From positions 1-33,156 of the IMG/VR virus record IMGVR_UViG_3300037851_000800: a stretch of DNA of 33,156 nucleotides, one strand, 5' to 3'. This DNA comes from a virus. Its lineage: Duplodnaviria > Caudoviricetes. This document shows, one piece after another, positions 1-9,087 of this stretch. The position numbers were made by a program, and so were the translations under genes. How positions within the stretch are numbered: the stretch's first letter is position 1; every line of letters starts with the position of its first letter. Below the pieces are notes generated by a model, which saw only the letters and a list, made by a program, of their open reading frames with translations, searched no databases and had not been told where the DNA came from.

Positions 1-1107
1 CTTGAGTCGGCCAATAATTACAGCAATACGCTGGCCCTCAAAATTATGGCCGTGGACTCAGACAACCCCACTGCCATAACCAGTGAGTCCGACGGCAACG
101 GGCGGGCGGTGACCACGGCCCAGGTGGATTGGGATTTTTCCACCTCGTGGGTGACCGACAGTGTTTACGACACACCGGAGATAAAAACGGTTATCCAGGA
201 GTTGGTGGATAGTTATACCATTTCCGGTGATGCTATTGAGTTATTGATTAAAGACGACGGGACGAGTGCCACCAGCCGCAACGTGCGGAGTTACAATAGC
301 GGGGCGGCCAATGCCGCGCAGTTTTACGCGGAGTATACCGAGGGCGGCGGGGAAATTACCGGCACGCTCACAGCTACGCTGGCCGCCGCCACGCTGAGCG
401 CGGCGGGAACGGTAGGGGTGGAGGGCGAGCTAACCAAAACCCTGGCGACGGCGACATTGAGCGCGGCGGGCGCGGTTGAGATTGAGTGTGTTTTAAGCGC
501 CACGTTGGGCGCGGCTACTCTCTCCGGCGCGGGCGCGGTTGAGGTTCAGGGCGTTTTAACAAAAACGCTGGATACGGTTACATCCAACGCCACGGGTGAG
601 GTGGACATTGAGGGGACACTCAGCGCCACGCTGGGAGCAGCGACACTATCCAGCACCGGCACGGTGGAGATAGAGGGGACACTCAGCGCAACGTTGGGCG
701 CGGCTACCCTGAGCGCCACGGGAACCGGGGCCACGATTGTGACCGGGGCGGTAACGCAAACCCTGGCGGCGGCAACATTATCAGGCTCAGGCGCAGTTGA
801 GGTTGAGGGGACACTCAGCGCCACATTGGGCGCGGCCACTCTCTCCGGCGCGGGCGCGATTGAGGTTGAGGGCGCGGCAGTCATATCGCTGGCGGCGGGG
901 GTGTTGACTGCGACCGGCAAGGTTTATATAACCGGCAGCGCCAGCCAAACTCTGGCCGCCGTGACCCTGGTCGCCGGTAATGAGGCAGCGCCCCACGGAG
1001 AAATATCATTAGCATTTGTCGCCAGGCAGCCTGAGGTGGCGTTTGCGGCGGCGCAGCCGGGCGTTAATTTTACATCCAAACAAATTACTATCACTTTTAC
1101 GGAGTAA
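1..1107 (+). CDS. Tail fibre/virion structural protein with ~21-aa Ala/Thr/Gly repeats (5' truncated)
   Basis: Frame is open from base 1; repeats such as GTLSATLGAATLSATGTVEIE; lies in tail module. Confidence 0.6.
   Translation, partial: LESANNYSNTLALKIMAVDSDNPTAITSESDGNGRAVTTAQVDWDFSTSWVTDSVYDTPEIKTVIQELVDSYTISGDAIELLIKDDGTSATSRNVRSYNSGAANAAQFYAEYTEGGGEITGTLTATLAAATLSAAGTVGVEGELTKTLATATLSAAGAVEIECVLSATLGAATLSGAGAVEVQGVLTKTLDTVTSNATGEVDIEGTLSATLGAATLSSTGTVEIEGTLSATLGAATLSATGTGATIVTGAVTQTLAAATLSGSGAVEVEGTLSATLGAATLSGAGAIEVEGAAVISLAAGVLTATGKVYITGSASQTLAAVTLVAGNEAAPHGEISLAFVARQPEVAFAAAQPGVNFTSKQITITFTE
361..960 (+). repeat. Degenerate ~63-bp tandem coding repeat
   Basis: Recurring gaggggacactcagcgccacgttgggcgcggc-type units at ~63-bp spacing. 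Confidence 0.75.
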
Positions 1108-1112
1108 ACATT

Positions 1113-1520
1113 ATGGCAATCCAATTATCAACCACAGTACGAAATATGCGATTAGATACCATCGAGTCAACCATTGGCACGGCGGCAATTTTACGGATAC
1201 GCACGGGCGCGGCCCCGTCCACCTGCGCCACGGCCGACAGCGGCACGGTGCTGGCGGAGCTAACGTTGCCCTCCGACTGGATGGCGGCGGCCTCCGGCGG
1301 CAGCAAGGCGCTGGCGGGCACGTGGCAGGATACCAGCGCCAACGCCGACGGCACGGCGGCCCATTTTAGGGTGTACGACAGCGGCGGGTCTACCTGCCAT
1401 ATCCAGGGCACGGTGACAGCTACCGGCGGCGGCGGGGATATGACGCTGGATAATACCAGCATTACCACCGGCCAGCAGGTGACCATTACCACGTTTACGC
1501 TGACCGACGGGAACGCCTAA
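1113..1520 (+). CDS. Phage tail-associated structural protein
   Basis: GGAG RBS; Thr/Gly/Ala-rich beta-type sequence; tail synteny. Confidence 0.6.
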   Translation: MAIQLSTTVRNMRLDTIESTIGTAAILRIRTGAAPSTCATADSGTVLAELTLPSDWMAAASGGSKALAGTWQDTSANADGTAAHFRVYDSGGSTCHIQGTVTATGGGGDMTLDNTSITTGQQVTITTFTLTDGNA

Positions 1521-1521
1521 A

Positions 1522-1863
1522 ATGCCGACCACTCTAACCGCCAGTGCCATTGAAAAAGGCACCTACTTTATTACGGTGAGTTTTATCGATGAGGACGGCA
1601 ATGCAGTGACGCCCAACGCCGGGGTAACGTGGACCCTGACCGACAGCAACGGCGTGGTGATTAACAACCGCAAAAATGTGGGCATCACCGAGGCGGCCAG
1701 CGTGGACATTGTGCTGAGCGGTGATGATTTGCAGGCGGTGGACAGCGCCGACCCCTGGCGCAAACTGTTGATTGAGGGCACCTACGACAGCGACGCCGGG
1801 GATGATCTGCCGTTTAAGGACGAGGTTAAATTCCCGTTCATTGATTTGGCGGCGGTGAGCTAA
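1522..1863 (+). CDS. Hypothetical phage tail/baseplate protein
   Basis: Tightly packed in the tail operon (1-nt gaps on both sides). Confidence 0.5.
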   Translation: MPTTLTASAIEKGTYFITVSFIDEDGNAVTPNAGVTWTLTDSNGVVINNRKNVGITEAASVDIVLSGDDLQAVDSADPWRKLLIEGTYDSDAGDDLPFKDEVKFPFIDLAAVS

Positions 1864-1864
1864 T

Positions 1865-3442
1865 ATGGGCGTGCGCGATCTGATCACGTGGTCGGTGGCC
1901 ATAGATTTGGACGGCGACGGTGATTACACCGAGACCAACGAGGAGCTGGCGGAGTATGTGCAAAACGCCACGTGGAGTTTGGGATTTAGCCAGCCGTATG
2001 ACAACATTGCCCGCGCGGCCACGCTCAGTTTGCAACTCAAAAACAGTGACCGCCGTTTCAGCCCGGAGTATACCGGCAGCCCGATCTACCCCAATTTTAC
2101 GCGGGGCAAGTCTATCAAAATCACCACCACCTACGAAGGCGTGACGCGCACCATGTTCGTGGGCACCATTGACAGCATTGTGCCGGTGCCGGGCCAGAAA
2201 AAGGAGCGGTATGTGACCGTGACCAGCAACGGCCTGTTTAACCGGATGCAAAACGCCGAGGTGTTCATTGCCGCGCAGGAGGACAAGCGGGCCGATGAGG
2301 TAATTGCGGCCATTTTGCTGGCGTCGGGGCTGGTGAGTTCGGATTTTTCCGGGCGGTGGCGGCTGGGCATTGCCGGGGAATCCGAGTTAGGCGATACCAC
2401 CGAACTGGGCGCGGTGGATGATATTTTGACCGCGGAGCAGGGCATCAGCGTGTTTGAGATCATTGGGGACCAGTGGAGCGACGGGGTGAGCGTGTACGGC
2501 GCGCTGCGGGACACGGTGGGTCAGGAGGGCGGCCGCCTGTTTGTGGACAGGAGCGGGGTCATTAACTTTTGGAACCGCCACCATATGATTTTGGATACCG
2601 CCAGCCTGGCCGCGTTTGACGATGAGATGAGCAGCCTGGACTATGCCTATGGCGAGGACGTGATCAACCACGTGATTGTGCGGGCCAACCCGCGCAGCAT
2701 TGGCACCAGCGAGGAGACGCTGGGCGAAATTGACCAGGCGGTGCGGATAAAAGCCGGCGACAGCAAAAATGTATCGTTCCGTTATGCCAGCCAGAGCGCC
2801 GGGGTTAAAATTGCCGGTAAAAACGCGCTGGCCCCGGTGCAAACCACCGATTTTACGGCCAACAGCCAGGAGGACGGCAGCGGGGCCGATTTAACGGCCA
2901 ATGTGAGCGCGGCTATTATTGAGGAGAGCGCCACCCGCAGCCAGGTGACGTTTACCAACAGCGGGCCGCTGGACGCCTGGCTGCAACCGGGAGCCACTAT
3001 CCGGGGCATCAAAATAACGGATTTTGGCGAGGTGGACGTGGAGGCCGAGGACAGCGGCTCTATCTCCACCTACGACCGGCAGCGGTACACCTACCCGTAT
3101 GTGATGGATACTGTGGACGCCGCCGAGGGGATGGCAAATTTGATTTTGGCGCGGGGTAAAAACCCTGCCGGCATTGCCCGCTCGATGCAGATATACCCGT
3201 ACAGCAACCCGGGGTTGATGGGCCAGGCGTTGAATTTGTCGGTAGGCAGCCGGATCACGGTGGCCGAAACGCAAACCGCAGCCGACGGTGACTATTTTAT
3301 CATAGGCGAGCAGTGGCAATTGATGAAAAAATGGACGGCTGTGACCTGGATGCTGGAACCGGCCAGCCGCGAGCAATACTGGATACTTGGAAAAATTGGT
3401 TTTGGAGAATTGGGCCAAACCACATATTTGGGACCGTATTAG
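1865..3442 (+). CDS. Minor tail/baseplate hub-like protein
   Basis: 525-aa ORF; GGRLFVDRSGVINFWNR and C-terminal LSVGSRITV...YFIIG segments typical of hub/minor tail proteins; repeated W-x-LG-x2-G-x-x-ELG-x-TT-x-LG motif. Confidence 0.6.
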   Translation: MGVRDLITWSVAIDLDGDGDYTETNEELAEYVQNATWSLGFSQPYDNIARAATLSLQLKNSDRRFSPEYTGSPIYPNFTRGKSIKITTTYEGVTRTMFVGTIDSIVPVPGQKKERYVTVTSNGLFNRMQNAEVFIAAQEDKRADEVIAAILLASGLVSSDFSGRWRLGIAGESELGDTTELGAVDDILTAEQGISVFEIIGDQWSDGVSVYGALRDTVGQEGGRLFVDRSGVINFWNRHHMILDTASLAAFDDEMSSLDYAYGEDVINHVIVRANPRSIGTSEETLGEIDQAVRIKAGDSKNVSFRYASQSAGVKIAGKNALAPVQTTDFTANSQEDGSGADLTANVSAAIIEESATRSQVTFTNSGPLDAWLQPGATIRGIKITDFGEVDVEAEDSGSISTYDRQRYTYPYVMDTVDAAEGMANLILARGKNPAGIARSMQIYPYSNPGLMGQALNLSVGSRITVAETQTAADGDYFIIGEQWQLMKKWTAVTWMLEPASREQYWILGKIGFGELGQTTYLGPY

Positions 3443-3452
3443 GAGATAAACT

Positions 3453-4313
3453 ATGGCGTGGACAACTATCAGTAACCTGGCGCAGGGCGATCTGGTAACG
3501 GAGAGCCACTGGGATTATCAACTAAAGGGGAATTTGGAATATTTGTTGTCATTGGTAGAGCCTAACACGCTGACCAACAAAAGCGGTGGCGCGCTGGAGG
3601 AGGGCGACGTGGTGGTGGCTGACGCCAGTAATGACAATGCGTTTACCACGACCACTACCGCCAACGATGTGGACGTGATCGGCGTGGTGAAAGAGAGTAT
3701 AGCCAACAATGCCACGGGGCGCGTGTCTGTGGCCGGCATTGTGACAGTTAAGGTGCAGGGAAATGTGGCGCGAGGTGATTTTTTGGCCACCAGCACCACA
3801 GCCAAACGGGCCGCCACCGCCGGAGCGTCGCCGGGAACGGGCACATTTGCCCGGGCGTTGACCGCATATAGCGGTGGCGGTGCAGGCACCGTTACGGCGC
3901 TGCTGGTTTTTACGGCAGCCGGAGGCGGGGCCGTGCCGGCTAATATGGTCGCCTACACATCGGCGGGAGCTGCACCCAGTGGTTACAGCGAGGTGACCGG
4001 GGCGAGAGGGCGGGTGATAGTGGGATTACCATCCGGCGGCACAAACGCGGGCACGGTGGGCACGGCGTTAACAAATTTGCAGGACAAAACGCACACGCAT
4101 ACCTATAGCACGGTTATTGCCCACACTCACACCCAAATAGGATTTACGTCGGGGACTGGAGCAGAGGCGATTGTAAACGTAGACGCCTCGGCATCGGGTT
4201 ACCAGAACGCCAATGAAACCGCGAGCACCGGCTCGGCCAGCGGCACCACGTCCACCGCCGCACTATCTGATATTTTTGCATACATCCAATATATGACCAT
4301 CAAAAAGGACTAA
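3453..4313 (+). CDS. Tail fibre/receptor-binding-like protein
   Basis: AGGAG RBS; central cement/DUF2190-like segment (GDVVV...VIGVV...GDFL); C-terminal collar-like GRVIVG and HTH-T-H His motifs. Confidence 0.6.
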   Translation: MAWTTISNLAQGDLVTESHWDYQLKGNLEYLLSLVEPNTLTNKSGGALEEGDVVVADASNDNAFTTTTTANDVDVIGVVKESIANNATGRVSVAGIVTVKVQGNVARGDFLATSTTAKRAATAGASPGTGTFARALTAYSGGGAGTVTALLVFTAAGGGAVPANMVAYTSAGAAPSGYSEVTGARGRVIVGLPSGGTNAGTVGTALTNLQDKTHTHTYSTVIAHTHTQIGFTSGTGAEAIVNVDASASGYQNANETASTGSASGTTSTAALSDIFAYIQYMTIKKD

Positions 4314-4316
4314 ATT

Positions 4317-4595
4317 ATGAGCAGAACAATTACCATGAGCGAATGCCGCACACAAAAAATAGAAATAGATAAAATTTACCCGGACGGAGGCACGCCCTAT
4401 TTGCGGGTGACGCTGCATTACGAGATTATGGACGACTCCGTTCCGCCCGTACCTATTACATACAAACAGATAACCCAATTTTCGTCTGAGGCGGGGTTGC
4501 CGGGTGGGCGGACATTGCCCCCGGCCTGGGAAGCCACATTTGAAACGCTGGTGTCGGAACTGGAGACAAAACTGGATGTTGTTGAACAACTCTGA
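4317..4595 (+). CDS. Hypothetical protein (possible fibre assembly factor)
   Basis: ORF directly after the fibre gene; function by synteny only. Confidence 0.5.
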   Translation: MSRTITMSECRTQKIEIDKIYPDGGTPYLRVTLHYEIMDDSVPPVPITYKQITQFSSEAGLPGGRTLPPAWEATFETLVSELETKLDVVEQL

Positions 4596-5070
4596 TCATA
4601 CGCCGGCGCGGATTGAGGAAAAGTACCCCACGGCGCGGGTGCCCGGCGCGCTAACCCTGGCCGATGTGTTTGCCGGATGGGAAGCCGCCGGGCTAACACC
4701 GGTTGAGGTGAGCACAGAGGATTTGGCGCAACGCATTAATATTGAGTATAATGCGCTGACCACGCAGCTCAAATGGACAACGGACAATATGGACGGGGTG
4801 CAGGCATTGGGGATAATGGCCGATGCGTTTTTGAGTATGTTTTCCGAGTTTTTTAAGGCCAAACCCAGGCCCAAATTTAGCAGCGGCCAGGCGCGGGTAA
4901 TGGTTAATCTTGACGGCAATCAACTGGCGGTGGCGCTGGACCCGCTGCACGATCCCACTGTTGTCAAGGGCGTTTTGGGGGCGGCGCTGGCCGAGGTGAT
5001 CACCCGCAGCCGGTCGGATGATCCGGTGCGGGATTGGCTAAAAATGTGGAGTGTAGACATTAGCTCGTAG
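4576..5070 (+). CDS. Hypothetical protein, last gene of the late operon
   Basis: ATG 4576 with GGAG at 4562 preferred over 4504; converges on the integrase. Confidence 0.55.
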   Translation: MLLNNSDHTPARIEEKYPTARVPGALTLADVFAGWEAAGLTPVEVSTEDLAQRINIEYNALTTQLKWTTDNMDGVQALGIMADAFLSMFSEFFKAKPRPKFSSGQARVMVNLDGNQLAVALDPLHDPTVVKGVLGAALAEVITRSRSDDPVRDWLKMWSVDISS

Positions 5071-5093
5071 CCTGCTCCGAGCCAATGTCTACA
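5052..5093. other. Candidate attP site of the serine integrase
   Basis: 20-bp inverted arms TGTAGACATTAGCTCGTAGC / GCTCCGAGCCAATGTCTACA (18/20) around a central CT dinucleotide, at the integrase 3' end. Confidence 0.65.
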
Positions 5094-6595
5094 AACGATT
5101 TAACCCACTGTCGTGTCTGGATGAGGGTGAATTGATTGCCCGTTATTTCCAGGCGATCAAAAATACTGTGGATGATATTTCGCTGGTGATACAGGTCGGC
5201 GCTAGGAAGTTGGTCCAGGTAACTCAATATAACATTGATGTGTGTTTCAAGATCGGCCATCTCAATTGAGGTGGCCTGTTTTTTTTCCAGAGCGGTAATG
5301 GCGATTTGCAGGGGTTGGTTACGGCTGATAAATTGCTCTTTGGTGATCAGACCGCTGGTGTGCAGGTCTATCAACCGTTCTAATTCCTGCCGTCTGGCCT
5401 GGAGTTGGAGTTGGTTGTTGTTGGGGGCGGTCATTGTGGTCGCAAGTGCCCGGCGTGTATTGTTGACCAGTAGCTGGTAATAATCGCGCTGGTAGGCGAG
5501 TTGCAGTACCAGGCCAATGAGGTGCTGTTCCAATGGTTGGGCGGGGGTAAAACGTTGGGGGCAGGCAGGAGGTTTAGCATCCATATGGCGGTAGTAAGGC
5601 CGTTTTGTGGTGCCGCTGGACATCATTTGGCCGGTGAGTTTGCCGCCGCAATGGCCACAGTAGAGTATCCCGGAGAGTGGATATATCCGGGCGGGTTTAT
5701 TTTTGCGGCCGGGGGTATGATAATGGCTGCGACTGTCCAGCGCGGCGCCCACCCGGCGGCATAAATCCGGGTCCAGTATTGGCTCAAACTGACCGGGGAG
5801 CGGGGGCAGGGTACGGTCGGGGTGGTGGTTTTTGGTCAGGCGGGGTATTTGCCCGGCGTAGAGTTGCCAGCGGGCCAGGGTTGAGGCGACGCGGGTAAAT
5901 GTCCAGGGGGTAGGGGTAACGAGATCAACCTGCCAGCGATAAAAACTTGCCTCGTTGAGTGCCAGGGCGGTATCGCGGTAGCTGCTGCGCCCGGTGGCGT
6001 GGATTTCAAACAGGGCGACGAGCGTATCATAATAGCGCCGCTCTGCGCCGTTGAGAGTGTATGTTTTGACGGTGGGGATGAGATGTTTGGTGATCGGGTC
6101 GCGGTCGCAGCCAAACGGGGTTGGCCCCCAGTGGCGGCCGTTGTTGGCGCGCAGGTGCTGTACCGTGGCCGCCATCCTGTCACCGGCTTTGCGGCTCTCG
6201 GCCTCGGCAAAAGCCATTATCACGGTGGCCATCACCCGGCCGTCGGTGGTGGACAGGTTTATATCCTGGGTGGCGCTGATGAGGGTGAGGCCGCGCGGCT
6301 CCAGTTGGCTATCGTAAAAATGCAAAAATTCAGTGACATTGCGGTGGCTGCGATCAATGGACTCCACGATCACGCCGGTGGTGCCGGGCCGGTCCAAGTC
6401 ACCCAACAGGCGCAGCCAGTCGGGGCGGTTGGCCTCGCGGCGGCCGGAGATGTCTAAATCCTGATACCATTCCAGGGCGGGCAGGCCGTGCGCGGCGGCC
6501 CACTGCTCGATGGCGGCGCGCTGCCGGGCCGGGCTGGCGCTGGGGTTGTTTTCATCCTCCACGGATTTGCGGATGTAGGCGCGATAGAGGGGCAT
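5060..6595 (-). CDS. Large serine recombinase (phage integrase)
   Basis: N-terminal YIRKS catalytic motif, DxDISG, SIDRSHR; recombinase domain (PFGC); Zn ribbon LSGILYCGHCG; coiled-coil C-terminus. Confidence 0.95.
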   Translation of the reverse strand: MPLYRAYIRKSVEDENNPSASPARQRAAIEQWAAAHGLPALEWYQDLDISGRREANRPDWLRLLGDLDRPGTTGVIVESIDRSHRNVTEFLHFYDSQLEPRGLTLISATQDINLSTTDGRVMATVIMAFAEAESRKAGDRMAATVQHLRANNGRHWGPTPFGCDRDPITKHLIPTVKTYTLNGAERRYYDTLVALFEIHATGRSSYRDTALALNEASFYRWQVDLVTPTPWTFTRVASTLARWQLYAGQIPRLTKNHHPDRTLPPLPGQFEPILDPDLCRRVGAALDSRSHYHTPGRKNKPARIYPLSGILYCGHCGGKLTGQMMSSGTTKRPYYRHMDAKPPACPQRFTPAQPLEQHLIGLVLQLAYQRDYYQLLVNNTRRALATTMTAPNNNQLQLQARRQELERLIDLHTSGLITKEQFISRNQPLQIAITALEKKQATSIEMADLETHINVILSYLDQLPSADLYHQRNIIHSIFDRLEITGNQFTLIQTRQWVKSFVDIGSEQATS

Positions 6596-6981
6596 TATAT
6601 TTTTGCTTCCAACTTTTCAATCCACTGCTGGAATTTTTGGGCTTGTTCAGGATAATTGTCGTTTGTATCAATGAATAACTGACAAACTCTGATAGCATCA
6701 TGATAGCGTTTTTGTCGGGTATAGATTATTCGCAGTCGTTCATAAGGACCGGGGTGACGATACCGGGCGGTGATGAGTTGTACATAAAGAGTAATGGCAC
6801 GGGCTGGGTCGGTTTTTTCCAGTTCGTTGGCTTGGTTAAATTTCAATATCAACTGATTTTCTATTTCATTCTCTCGCTGTATGATCTCAGTTTTTTTTGC
6901 AAATTCTTCGCCAATTCTGCCATATTGTTCATCAAGGCTAATTTCTTTTTTTTTGGGAAATAACCGTTTGAATAGGTTCAA
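6595..6981 (-). CDS. TPR-like helical hypothetical protein
   Basis: PYERLRIIYTRQKRYHDAIRVC resembles TPR helices; TAATG overlap with the integrase start; AT-rich. Confidence 0.6.
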   Translation of the reverse strand: MNLFKRLFPKKKEISLDEQYGRIGEEFAKKTEIIQRENEIENQLILKFNQANELEKTDPARAITLYVQLITARYRHPGPYERLRIIYTRQKRYHDAIRVCQLFIDTNDNYPEQAQKFQQWIEKLEAKI

Positions 6982-7187
6982 TTTTCTTTTACCTTCACGA
7001 TCAACTCACCTGGCTCACATTCCAGATAGTCGGTGAGGCGGTCAATCACATCCAGTGCGATCATTTTTTGCTGTTCGTGGTTGATTTTGCTGAGGATGCT
7101 AGTCGAAACGTTAGCGCCCTGGCTCACCTGCCGGTAGGTCAAGCCCCGGTCAGCCATTATTTGCTTTAGTTGGATTTTTACGGCCAT
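6978..7187 (-). CDS. Cro/C1-type (HTH_26-like) transcriptional regulator
   Basis: IQLKQIMADRGLTYRQVSQGANVSTSILSKI...LECEPGELI; GAGGTG RBS before ATG 7187. Confidence 0.85.
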   Translation of the reverse strand: MAVKIQLKQIMADRGLTYRQVSQGANVSTSILSKINHEQQKMIALDVIDRLTDYLECEPGELIVKVKEN

Positions 7188-7204
7188 TTTACACCTCACC
7201 CCCC

Positions 7205-7233
7205 AGTGTATATCCTCTGTGAAATATTGTCAA
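7205..7233 (-). promoter_or_regulatory. Sigma70-type promoter for the HTH-TPR-integrase operon
   Basis: TTGACA-17 bp-TACACT on the minus strand. Confidence 0.7.
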
Positions 7234-7274
7234 TGATTTTTGTAGCGACTTTACGAAATTTTAAGGTTAAAGGG

Positions 7275-7324
7275 TTGAGTTTTTATCGAGTTTATGATAC
7301 AATTGTATCGAGTAGTTAATACAA
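7275..7324 (+). promoter_or_regulatory. Promoter for the exonuclease operon with two tandem operators
   Basis: TTGAGT-17-TACAAT with TG extension; imperfect palindromes TTTTATC-N8-GATACAA (7281-7302) and TTGTATC-N8-AATACAA (7303-7324). Confidence 0.65.
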
Positions 7325-7337
7325 ACGAGGCAACAAA

Positions 7338-8012
7338 ATGGACAACTTTTTTGGCATCGAGATCACTCTGGAACACCCCGCCGCCGAGGCCCGGGCCGAG
7401 TTGGGCGAGTTAAAAACCGCGCTGCAAGAGATCGAGTCGGCGCTCGCCCTCACCCCTGACCCCTCTCCCGCCGGGGGGGAGGCCGCCGCGCTGCTGGCGC
7501 TGGACCCGCTGTTTGTGGATTACGAGACCACGGGCCTTAACCGCCGCACCGACCGGGTGTGCGAGGTAACGGTGATTGACCGCCAGGGGCGGGTGTTGCT
7601 GAGCACGCTGGTTAACCCGCAAATGGCAATTTCGCCCGCCGCCGGCGCGGTGAACGGCATTACCGACGAGCTGGTGGCCGATGCTCCCACCTGGCGGCAG
7701 GTGGAACCGGCGCTGCGGCAATTGCTGGCCGGGCGGGTGGTGGTGGCCCACAATGCCCCGTTTGAGGCCAAATTCACCCCGTTTGCGGCCAACTGGGTGT
7801 GCAGTATGGCCCTGGCCGACCGGGCGCTGGGCAAGGCCGAGTGGGGGGCGGTGAAACAGGATTGGCGGGCGGGCAGCAGCTTGCGGGCGCGGTTGTACCA
7901 GTGCCGGCTGCCCCAGGCCGAGGCCCATACCGCGGCGGGCGATTGCCTGGGCGCGCTGCGGCTGGTGAGATTTTTGGCCGGGGTTTCCGGCGAAGTGGAG
8001 TTAATTTATTGA
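7338..8012 (+). CDS. DEDDh 3'-5' exonuclease (DnaQ/epsilon-like)
   Basis: VDYETTG, VVAHNAPFE and AHTAAGD motifs. Confidence 0.9.
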   Translation: MDNFFGIEITLEHPAAEARAELGELKTALQEIESALALTPDPSPAGGEAAALLALDPLFVDYETTGLNRRTDRVCEVTVIDRQGRVLLSTLVNPQMAISPAAGAVNGITDELVADAPTWRQVEPALRQLLAGRVVVAHNAPFEAKFTPFAANWVCSMALADRALGKAEWGAVKQDWRAGSSLRARLYQCRLPQAEAHTAAGDCLGALRLVRFLAGVSGEVELIY

Positions 8013-8015
8013 GCC

Positions 8016-8048
8016 AGACCTGACAGGTTTCTAAAACCTTTAGGGTCT
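8016..8048. repeat. Intergenic imperfect palindrome, REP-like
   Basis: AGACCTGACAGGTTT-cta-AAACCTTTAGGGTCT (12/15 arm match). Confidence 0.5.
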
Positions 8049-8071
8049 TACAATCAAACGAAAGGATCATC

Positions 8072-8701
8072 ATGATGACAACCAAAAATGGCAGTAAGGC
8101 AACATTGGCCGATGTAATGGGCGCGGTGCAGGGCGTAGGCCAGGAGGTCAAACACATTAGGGTAAAGGTGGATAAACTGGAGGGGCGGGTGGATAAACTG
8201 GAGGCGGCGGGGCCGGTGTTGAAGACCAGAATTGTAAATAGCTATACGAAGGACGAGCCGGCCAAAACTCTCACGGCGCGCCCGGCGCAGTTACCCCGGC
8301 GCGATGACGACCAGGGCGAGGATGAGGCCATTGCCGGCGGCAAGTGGATCAAAGAACTGAAAACCAAAACGTGCAACAAGATTGGCCTTACCAAAACCAG
8401 CAAGCGCGATGCCTGGAAGTTGTTGCTGTATATGCCCGGGTTGCGCCGCCCGGCCACGTTTATTGCCTGGGACGGCGTGAGCGATTTGCTGGATTTTTTT
8501 GCCGAGGTTTTGCCGGGGCTGAGTATGGACCATTTTGACGAGGAGGCGTGGCGCGAGGTGGATAACGGCGGCGACCGCAAAACGCCCATCCTCAGTTGGA
8601 TTGAGGATTTTGACCCGTTTGTGGTGGAGTGGTTCAAAACCGCGCCCAACGGGCAGGGCCATACGTTTATCAATATCGAGGCGGTGTACCCGGTAGAGTG
8701 A
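8072..8701 (+). CDS. Hypothetical protein with N-terminal coiled coil
   Basis: AAGGA RBS; VDKLEGRVDKLE heptad duplication; followed by a terminator. Confidence 0.7.
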   Translation: MMTTKNGSKATLADVMGAVQGVGQEVKHIRVKVDKLEGRVDKLEAAGPVLKTRIVNSYTKDEPAKTLTARPAQLPRRDDDQGEDEAIAGGKWIKELKTKTCNKIGLTKTSKRDAWKLLLYMPGLRRPATFIAWDGVSDLLDFFAEVLPGLSMDHFDEEAWREVDNGGDRKTPILSWIEDFDPFVVEWFKTAPNGQGHTFINIEAVYPVE

Positions 8702-8722
8702 CCGCCACCGCCTGACCCCCTG

Positions 8723-8752
8723 ACCCCGCCCTGACCCGGCGGGGTTTTTTTT
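8723..8752 (+). terminator. Intrinsic terminator
   Basis: ACCCCGCC-7 nt-GGCGGGGT followed by a T run. Confidence 0.85.
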
Positions 8753-8795
8753 GCCTTAAAAAACGGCGAGGCAGTACCATTATCCTATTTTAACA

Positions 8796-8825
8796 AGAAC
8801 ACCTGTTCTGTTTTTGTGCTACAAT
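8796..8825 (+). promoter_or_regulatory. LexA (SOS) box overlapping an extended -10 promoter
   Basis: AGAAC-ACCT-GTTCT (8796-8809) matches GAAC-N4-GTTC; TGcTACAAT at 8817-8825. Confidence 0.7.
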
Positions 8826-8841
8826 AGAGCGGGAGCCAGTG

Positions 8842-9087
8842 ATGAAAAAGTTTGGGCAAACAACCCTGGCAATAACCTTGACCGCGCGCCCGGCGGGGTG
8901 GCGCTTATGGCCGCCGCTGTGGGCGTTCAGGCTGTGGATTTTGCAGCGGCGTTGCCGTCGCGTAGCTCTTTTTCTGCGCGATAACGGGCCTGTTCTTCCC
9001 GAAAAAACAACTCGGCAATGCTCAGCAAGCGCTCCCGCTCCTGGGGAGAGAGGCGCTTGCCCAGATCGTACAACTGTTTCAGAGTAA
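8842..9087 (+). CDS. Putative SOS-induced small protein (antirepressor candidate) overlapping the repressor 3' end in antisense
   Basis: GGGAG RBS at 8831, ATG 8842, directly downstream of the LexA-box promoter; no recognisable domain. Confidence 0.4.
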   Translation: MKKFGQTTLAITLTARPAGWRLWPPLWAFRLWILQRRCRRVALFLRDNGPVLPEKTTRQCSASAPAPGERGACPDRTTVSE

